Source: an uncultured bacterium (lineage in GTDB: Bacteria; Oederibacteriota; JAAXVQ01; JAUVAV01). From it: a DNA stretch of 64,000 bases. Below the pieces are notes generated by a model. The model was not told the DNA's origin and did not search any database. It worked only from the letters and a program-made list of their open reading frames with translations. The stretch is taken from the NCBI GenBank assembly GCA_963710755.1, contig CAVQBK010000003.1, forward strand, positions 960,001 to 1,024,000, in the 5' to 3' direction. This document shows positions 59,201 to 64,000 of this stretch, one piece after another. Position 1 is the first letter of the stretch. Every line of letters starts with the position of its first letter. The position numbers and the translations under genes are program-made.

Positions 59201-59967
59201 GGCTTAATAATGCTGCTGATCTTATTAAGGCCGGTACAGCTACCCTTTCCACGGTTATTTCAGCCCGTGATGACATTATGAATTACCTTATTTCCAAAGA
59301 TTTGGAACCATCCTTGGCTTTCAAAATAATGGAATCCGTTCGCAAAGGTAAGGGGCTGACGCCGGAGTGGGAAACAGCCATGAAAAACCATAAAGTACCC
59401 GAGTGGTACATCGAATCCTGTAATAAGATTAAATACATGTTTCCCAAGGCCCATGCGGTGGCTTATTGCATTATGGCCTTCAGGATAGCTTATTTTAAAG
59501 TACATTTCCCAACTGCTTTTTATGCCAATTACTTTTCTTTAAATGCGGAATCCTTCGATGCCCAACTGGTGGTTTTTGGAGGGTTGCAGGGGGTTAATAA
59601 TAAATTAAAGGAACTTAAAGGCCGCCAGGATTTGACGGCCAAGGATAAAAATGCTCAGACCGTACTGGAAGTTGTCCGGGAAGCCTTTGCCCGGGGCATT
59701 GAATTTAAACCGGTGAACATGGCCATCTCCGCGGCCGAAACCTTCAAGATCCTGGGGGACAAGCAAATTATCCCACCTCTGATATCCTTAAACGGCCTGG
59801 GTCTGACGTGCGCCAAAAAAATTGTCCAGGAAAGGGAGCTCAGGCTTTTCCGGTCAGTGGAGGATTTGAGCAAGCGTACGGGAGCCAATAAAAACGTCAT
59901 CGAAATCATGACTCAGCATGGATGCTTGACCGTATTGCCGGCCAGCGATCAAACGTCGTTGTTTTAA
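56206..59967 (+). CDS. polC: PolC-type DNA polymerase III lacking the embedded 3'-5' exonuclease
   Basis: N-terminal OB fold before PHP (RVELHAHSQMS..D), GSRGSVGSS, Zn finger C..C...C..C, KTPDIDLNFSG, KLDVLGHDDPT and IKYMFPKAHA. Confidence 0.95.
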   Translation: METTMSCDVRLESIALTPLLKNVLENLEIADHMKKHVLSAQASSVTVTTKPPTILIQLLSNHAIEKPALEALSQSLSETWDQPSPPRIVWDLHYPNGQVSALAYLQEHWQDLLVVFSKEVNMAAAYLSLVRFQALEEGKIKIALANKMSLAALKKQEGDKKISRLLSERLQREIQVKFELGNFEEEVKHREALYEQRIREELERMQQEKDLGPQSDGQDRPHGGKPQKAAWKLVFGRSIAGQPRPIKEINEEEKNVVFEGELVAFEKKVLRTGRQLVLMDIYDKTSSINARMFVDAEQQVSSEIKCGAYVRIKGSVQTDKYSQDLCMMVNSVMVGEKERRHDLMAAQDKRVELHAHSQMSAMDALPEVKQLVAKAAEFGHPAVAITDHGVVQGFPEAMAAASAHGLKVIYGVESYLIEDEWLKDKKPKRPYHIVILVKEFKGLRNLYRLTSEAHLKYFYRHPRIPRSLLEKYREGLIFGTACEQGELYRRLLEGANDQELAVIAGRYDYVEIMPNGNNQFLIRNGVVKDDLELQAINKRLVAIAQSQGRPVVATGDVHFLEPGDEIFRCILQAGQGYDDAAQQAPLYFHTTEEMLKEFDYLGEPLAKEVVIQGPQKVAGWIEKIEPLKLDFYPPKLPDAEAKLEKMALSRAHEIYGTPLPEVVDQRLKREITAINHNKFASLFLIARELVQKSLADGYLVGSRGSVGSSLTATMLGITEVNPLPGHYLCTSCRHVAWDVEGRMGADLPDEQCPVCGLVMSKQGMDIPFEVFMGFKGDKTPDIDLNFSGEYQSRAHKFLEELFDADHIFRAGTISTVADRTAYGFVKKYLDDNKLVLREAEINRLTRGCAGVKKTTGQHPGGIMIVPADMSIYDFTPVQRPADDKNSDVVTTHLDYHAIHDALLKLDVLGHDDPTSLRRLGDWTGVDVRSIPLDDPETLKIFSGLDSLGLSEADIHTGIGTLGIPEFGTEFVRQMLDITKPKAFSELVRISGLSHGTDVWLNNAADLIKAGTATLSTVISARDDIMNYLISKDLEPSLAFKIMESVRKGKGLTPEWETAMKNHKVPEWYIESCNKIKYMFPKAHAVAYCIMAFRIAYFKVHFPTAFYANYFSLNAESFDAQLVVFGGLQGVNNKLKELKGRQDLTAKDKNAQTVLEVVREAFARGIEFKPVNMAISAAETFKILGDKQIIPPLISLNGLGLTCAKKIVQERELRLFRSVEDLSKRTGANKNVIEIMTQHGCLTVLPASDQTSLF

Positions 59968-59988
59968 TGGTCACGGTCTTGTTCGAGA

Positions 59989-60918
59989 TCAGCCTACCAG
60001 TCGTATTTCCGGTTCCAGCCAAACCCCTTTTTGCGTCTGCACTTCCTGTTGCATATGGTGCATGACAGCTTCCACGTCCGTAGCCGTGGCGCTGTTCCAG
60101 TTAATAATAAAATTGGCATGATGCTCAAAAACCCGGGCACCACCCGCGCTGTAGCCTTTGAGGCCGCAGTCTTCTAGTAACTGGCCTGAAGGCATGCTGT
60201 GCGCATGGTCGTTTTTAAAGACGCAGCCGGCAGAAGGCCAATCAAATTGATGCTTACTGGTACGGTCACGAAGATGAAGGTCACTCTGGGTCTTGACATG
60301 TTCAGGATCTTCAGGCCTCAGCTGCAAAACCGCTTCCACGATAGTCCACGGTTGGGTCTGGAATAGGGAATGTTTATAGGCAAACTGACACTCGCCCCGG
60401 GTGAGTGTTTTTATTTTGCCCGCACTGTCCAGGGCTGTCACTTGTTCAGTTATATCGGCAAAAGAGGATCCGTAGCAGCGGGCATTCATGAAAAGCCCCC
60501 CACCGACGAAGCCGGGCAGGCCACAGGCCCACTCAAAGCCGCCAAGACCAGTTTGTATGGTGAAGGCGGTCAGGGCAGCCACCGGTAAACCAGCACCTAC
60601 TTTGACACGATGATTTTCCAATAATTCCAGGTGATCCAACCGGGAGGTACTAAGTACCAGTCCCTGAAATCCTGGGTCGCGAAAGAGCACATTGCTTCCG
60701 CCTCCCAAAATAAAAGTGGCCAATTTCAAATCATGGGCTGCCTGCAACAACGCCTGTAGGTCGGCTAATGAGTCCGGGGCAGCAAAAGCTGCGGCCGGTC
60801 CGCCGCATTTAAAGGTGACCAAGCCGGCCGTGGGGTAATCCATCAGCACAGGAGTAGTTCCGGCTAGGTTCTGTAGGTCAGAGAGTTGATCCTTCAAGAT
60901 GACATCCGATCTTACCAT
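59989..60918 (-). CDS. murB: UDP-N-acetylmuramate dehydrogenase
   Basis: LGGGSN, GLPGFVGG...MNA, PSAGCVFKN, HANFIIN and LEPE. Confidence 0.95.
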   Translation of the reverse strand: MVRSDVILKDQLSDLQNLAGTTPVLMDYPTAGLVTFKCGGPAAAFAAPDSLADLQALLQAAHDLKLATFILGGGSNVLFRDPGFQGLVLSTSRLDHLELLENHRVKVGAGLPVAALTAFTIQTGLGGFEWACGLPGFVGGGLFMNARCYGSSFADITEQVTALDSAGKIKTLTRGECQFAYKHSLFQTQPWTIVEAVLQLRPEDPEHVKTQSDLHLRDRTSKHQFDWPSAGCVFKNDHAHSMPSGQLLEDCGLKGYSAGGARVFEHHANFIINWNSATATDVEAVMHHMQQEVQTQKGVWLEPEIRLVG

Positions 60919-61148
60919 TGGGAAGACAATCGTCCTCCGTAACAGTTAAAAATGGGTTATCCGTTTTAAAAAGTCCACTTGGGCAGGGCTGGGCAATTTC
61001 CTACCTTTTTCTATAGCAATCACGCACATTTTTTCCGGCGTTTGACCACACCATCCGGGATTGATAGGATGATAGTAAACTCCGATAGGGTTTGGCAACA
61101 AAAAAACAGATGGCGCACAGAGGCCGGCTTGGGCTTCATATTTTTTGC

Positions 61149-61177
61149 TTGACTTGAAGCAGAAACAGCCCTATTCT
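61149..61177 (+). promoter_or_regulatory. sigma70 promoter of nusA-infB
   Basis: TTGACT-N17-TATTCT. Confidence 0.6.
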
Positions 61178-61203
61178 ACTGCCTTAAGTTGAGTCTTTGC
61201 GCG

Positions 61204-61239
61204 AAAGAGTGGGACGACTAGGCCCACTCTTTTTATTTT
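61204..61239 (+). promoter_or_regulatory. rimP/nusA-operon leader attenuator hairpin
   Basis: AAAGAGTGGG...CCCACTCTTTTT, the conserved GAGTGGG/CCCACTC leader hairpin of rimP-nusA-infB operons. Confidence 0.7.
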
Positions 61240-61353
61240 AGGCCCCCAAAGGAACGCTGCCTTGTCGGCGAAACTTGGGGGCAACACGCATGGGCTTCAG
61301 CCTGAGCATGGTGATGTCAGCCAATGTGCTTGCATAAAAAAAAGGTGATGACT

Positions 61354-62877
61354 ATGAACTTTGAAATTGTAGAAGTAATGCGTCAGATTGAACGTTCCCG
61401 CAAGGTAGAACGGCATGTATTGATTGAAGCTATTGAAGCAGCCTTGATTTCAGCCTCCCGTAAAAATTACGGCGCTGCCCAGGATATCCGGGTGGAATTT
61501 AATGAAGCTACCGGTGAACTGGTGGCCCATGTGCGCAAGGAAGTAGTGGAAGATGTGCAGGAAACCTGGCACCAAATAGCTTTGGAGGAAGCCCAACGCC
61601 TGAATCCCCAGGTTCAGCTGGGAGATATTGTGGAACAAACCATGTCGCCTTCTGATTTCGGGCGCATTGCTGCTCAAACCGCCAAACAGGTGGTACTGCA
61701 GCGGGTTCGGGAATCGGAACGCAATGCCAATTATGAAGAATTCAAGAAGCGCCTAGGAGAATTAATCAACGGGTCGGTTATCAGGATCGAGCATAAAAAT
61801 GTCATCATCGACCTGGGAGAAACGGAAGCCATTCTTCCAGCCCGGGAACAAGCGCCCAAGGAATATTACCAAAGCGGCGATCGCATTAAGGCCTATGTAT
61901 TGGATGTTCGCCGCAGCAACCGTGCCCCCCAGGTAATCCTGTCACGCAGCCATCCCGGATTGATTAAAAAAATGTTTGAAATGGAAGTCCCGGAAGTTGC
62001 CGAAGGCGTGGTGGAAATCAAGGGTGTAGCTAGGGAAGCCGGCTCGCGTTCCAAGGTCATGGTTTACAGCAGTGATAAAAATGTTGATCCTGTGGGTGCT
62101 TGCGTGGGTATCAAGGGATCACGCATCCAATCCATAGTGCGCGAGATTCGCGGAGAAAAAATCGACGTTATTCCGTTTTCTGAAGATATTACCACTTTGC
62201 TAAAAGCAGCCCTGCAGCCGGCTAAAATACAAAACGTGGAAATGATAATGGACAAAAAACAAGCCACGGTGGTGGTCAAGGAAGACCAATTGTCCTTAGC
62301 CATTGGAAAAAACGGGCAGAATGTACGCCTGGCCTCCAAACTTACGGGCTGGAAAATAGATATTGTCAGTGATACCCAGAATCAGGAACAAATGCGGCGC
62401 AAGGCCGAAGAAGCTTTTATTCAAGCGGCGCCACCATTAAATAAAATTAAAGGCATCAGTGAGAAACTGGCTGCTGTGCTGGGTGAAGCGGGCTATGGCA
62501 CCGTGGCCCAGCTCCAGGGCATCACGGCCGAGCAATTGGCCGAGCTGCCAGGAATTGGTTTGAAAACAGCCGAGAAAATATTGGCGGCCGTTAGCAGCTA
62601 TCTGCCCACCAAGGAAACACCCAAAACGGAACGTACGGCCGAGGAATTGTTTGCCAGTTGGGGAAAACCGGAAGCCGAGGGCAAAGTTGATGAAAAAGTG
62701 GTTCGTGCCCGGGATTTATTTTCCGGGTTGGACCAGTTAAAGGAAGAAGAACAGGAAAGCAAGGAGAATGCTGATCAGATCCAGTCAGAGGAGGACAAGC
62801 CAGCCATCGCGGAAGCACCATCAGAAGAGGATCTAAACGAGGGGTCTGCATCAGAGGAAGAAGGTGAAAGTGAATGA
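61354..62877 (+). CDS. nusA: transcription termination factor NusA with HhH and acidic C-terminal extension
   Basis: [27 protein letters not shown] and [14 protein letters not shown]; start 61348 or 61354. Confidence 0.97.
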   Translation: MNFEIVEVMRQIERSRKVERHVLIEAIEAALISASRKNYGAAQDIRVEFNEATGELVAHVRKEVVEDVQETWHQIALEEAQRLNPQVQLGDIVEQTMSPSDFGRIAAQTAKQVVLQRVRESERNANYEEFKKRLGELINGSVIRIEHKNVIIDLGETEAILPAREQAPKEYYQSGDRIKAYVLDVRRSNRAPQVILSRSHPGLIKKMFEMEVPEVAEGVVEIKGVAREAGSRSKVMVYSSDKNVDPVGACVGIKGSRIQSIVREIRGEKIDVIPFSEDITTLLKAALQPAKIQNVEMIMDKKQATVVVKEDQLSLAIGKNGQNVRLASKLTGWKIDIVSDTQNQEQMRRKAEEAFIQAAPPLNKIKGISEKLAAVLGEAGYGTVAQLQGITAEQLAELPGIGLKTAEKILAAVSSYLPTKETPKTERTAEELFASWGKPEAEGKVDEKVVRARDLFSGLDQLKEEEQESKENADQIQSEEDKPAIAEAPSEEDLNEGSASEEEGESE

Positions 62878-64000
62878 ACCCGAAAACAAGAGTTTTTGAA
62901 TTAGCCAAAGAACTTCATCTCACCTCCAAAGAACTGGTGGGTGAATTGCAAAAGATGCGCATTCAGGTGAAAAGTCACATGAGTGTGCTTGAAGATGAAA
63001 CGGTTGCCTATATAAAGCGGCATTGGGGTGAAGATGAAATAGTGGATGATACCGTGGTGCCCGGCATGACGGTGGCCCCTCCCGAAGAAAAAAGCAAACC
63101 GCAGGAGCCGACCATTGAAGTGGTTAAAAAAGCTCAGGAGACACAGGAGGCGCCAACAGAACTGGAGTCCGAGGCTGCGGCATCCGTTGAACCCGTACCG
63201 GAAGCACCGACGGTACGGGAAAAACGCCGACCTGAAGAACTGGCCTTGGAAGCTGTTAGACAGGAAGCCGAAGCTGCTGCTACGGCCGCACCCGCAGTGA
63301 AACCAGTTCAGGTTAAAGAATCAACACCTCCTAAGAAGCCAGAACCAGACCCCAAACCGCCTAAGGTTTCGGAGGAACCACAACAACCGGCACCTGTAGC
63401 CCGGGAATTACCAACTCTGAAAGTTAATGAATCCGCCACAGTGGGCGAAGTAGCCGACCGTTTGAACGTCAAACCGGCTGAGGTAATCAAAAAACTGATC
63501 AGTTTGGGTGTTTTTGCCACTATCAATCAGCGTCTGGACCAAGATGTGCTGGAAATTCTTCTGAATGAATACGGCTATGCCTTGGAACTTCAGGAGATGT
63601 ACGGCGAGGACCTGCTTGATCAGAACGAGGAACCGGATAAGCCTGAAGACCTTAAGGCGCGCCCGCCGGTAGTGACCATTATGGGTCATGTCAATCACGG
63701 GAAAACCTCGTTACTTGATGCCATTCGCGAGACTAATGTTATTGAAGGTGAAGCAGGCGGTATTACCCAGCACATCGGCGCCTATCAAGTTATGCTACCC
63801 AACCGTGGAGAGGTCACCTTTTTAGACACGCCGGGGCATGAAGCCTTTACTACCCTTCGCGCCCGGGGCGCGCAGGTGACGGATGTGGTGGTGTTGGTTG
63901 TGGCCGCCGATGATGGTGTGCAACCGCAAACCGTGGAAGCCATTGATCATGCCAAGGCGGCCGGTGTGCCCATTATTGTGGCGGTTAATAAAATTGACAA
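62874..64000 (+). CDS. infB: translation initiation factor IF-2 (3' end outside the window; absent from the ORF track)
   Basis: ATG overlaps the nusA stop; [14 protein letters not shown]...[39 protein letters not shown] and NKID. Confidence 0.97.
   Translation, partial: MNPKTRVFELAKELHLTSKELVGELQKMRIQVKSHMSVLEDETVAYIKRHWGEDEIVDDTVVPGMTVAPPEEKSKPQEPTIEVVKKAQETQEAPTELESEAAASVEPVPEAPTVREKRRPEELALEAVRQEAEAAATAAPAVKPVQVKESTPPKKPEPDPKPPKVSEEPQQPAPVARELPTLKVNESATVGEVADRLNVKPAEVIKKLISLGVFATINQRLDQDVLEILLNEYGYALELQEMYGEDLLDQNEEPDKPEDLKARPPVVTIMGHVNHGKTSLLDAIRETNVIEGEAGGITQHIGAYQVMLPNRGEVTFLDTPGHEAFTTLRARGAQVTDVVVLVVAADDGVQPQTVEAIDHAKAAGVPIIVAVNKID

Overview
This is a chromosomal window from a diderm bacterium: it encodes outer-membrane barrels, SurA-type chaperones and lipoproteins, yet also a PolC-type replicase. 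Nearly all genes are on the + strand. Housekeeping content includes a 5'-truncated DnaE2-like polymerase, a complete F1Fo ATP synthase operon, mfd with three SurA/PPIase-type genes, argCJ, rpsB-tsf-pyrH-frr-uppS-cdsA-dxr-rseP-ispG-proS, polC, murB, nusA and a 3'-truncated infB. The standout is an ~8 kb accessory locus (48.0-56.1 kb) between proS and polC that looks like an uncharacterised curli/Fap-like functional-amyloid or beta-solenoid fibre system. It encodes (i) a ~1480-aa secreted protein with ~24 tandem 36-aa Asn/Gly/Ala-rich repeats, (ii) a 248-aa secreted protein made of six related repeats (putative major subunit), (iii) a small acidic secreted protein, (iv) a CsgG/HfaB-like lipoprotein with a peptidoglycan-binding-like tail and (v) a TPR protein, all behind an ECF-sigma-like promoter motif. 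Other oddities are an exonuclease-less PolC, a D-to-N change in the IF2 P-loop, a rimP-type leader without rimP, a probable ATT start codon and REP-like repeats. No rRNA, tRNA, CRISPR array or transposase was recognised. All family calls come from motif recognition by eye, not database searches.
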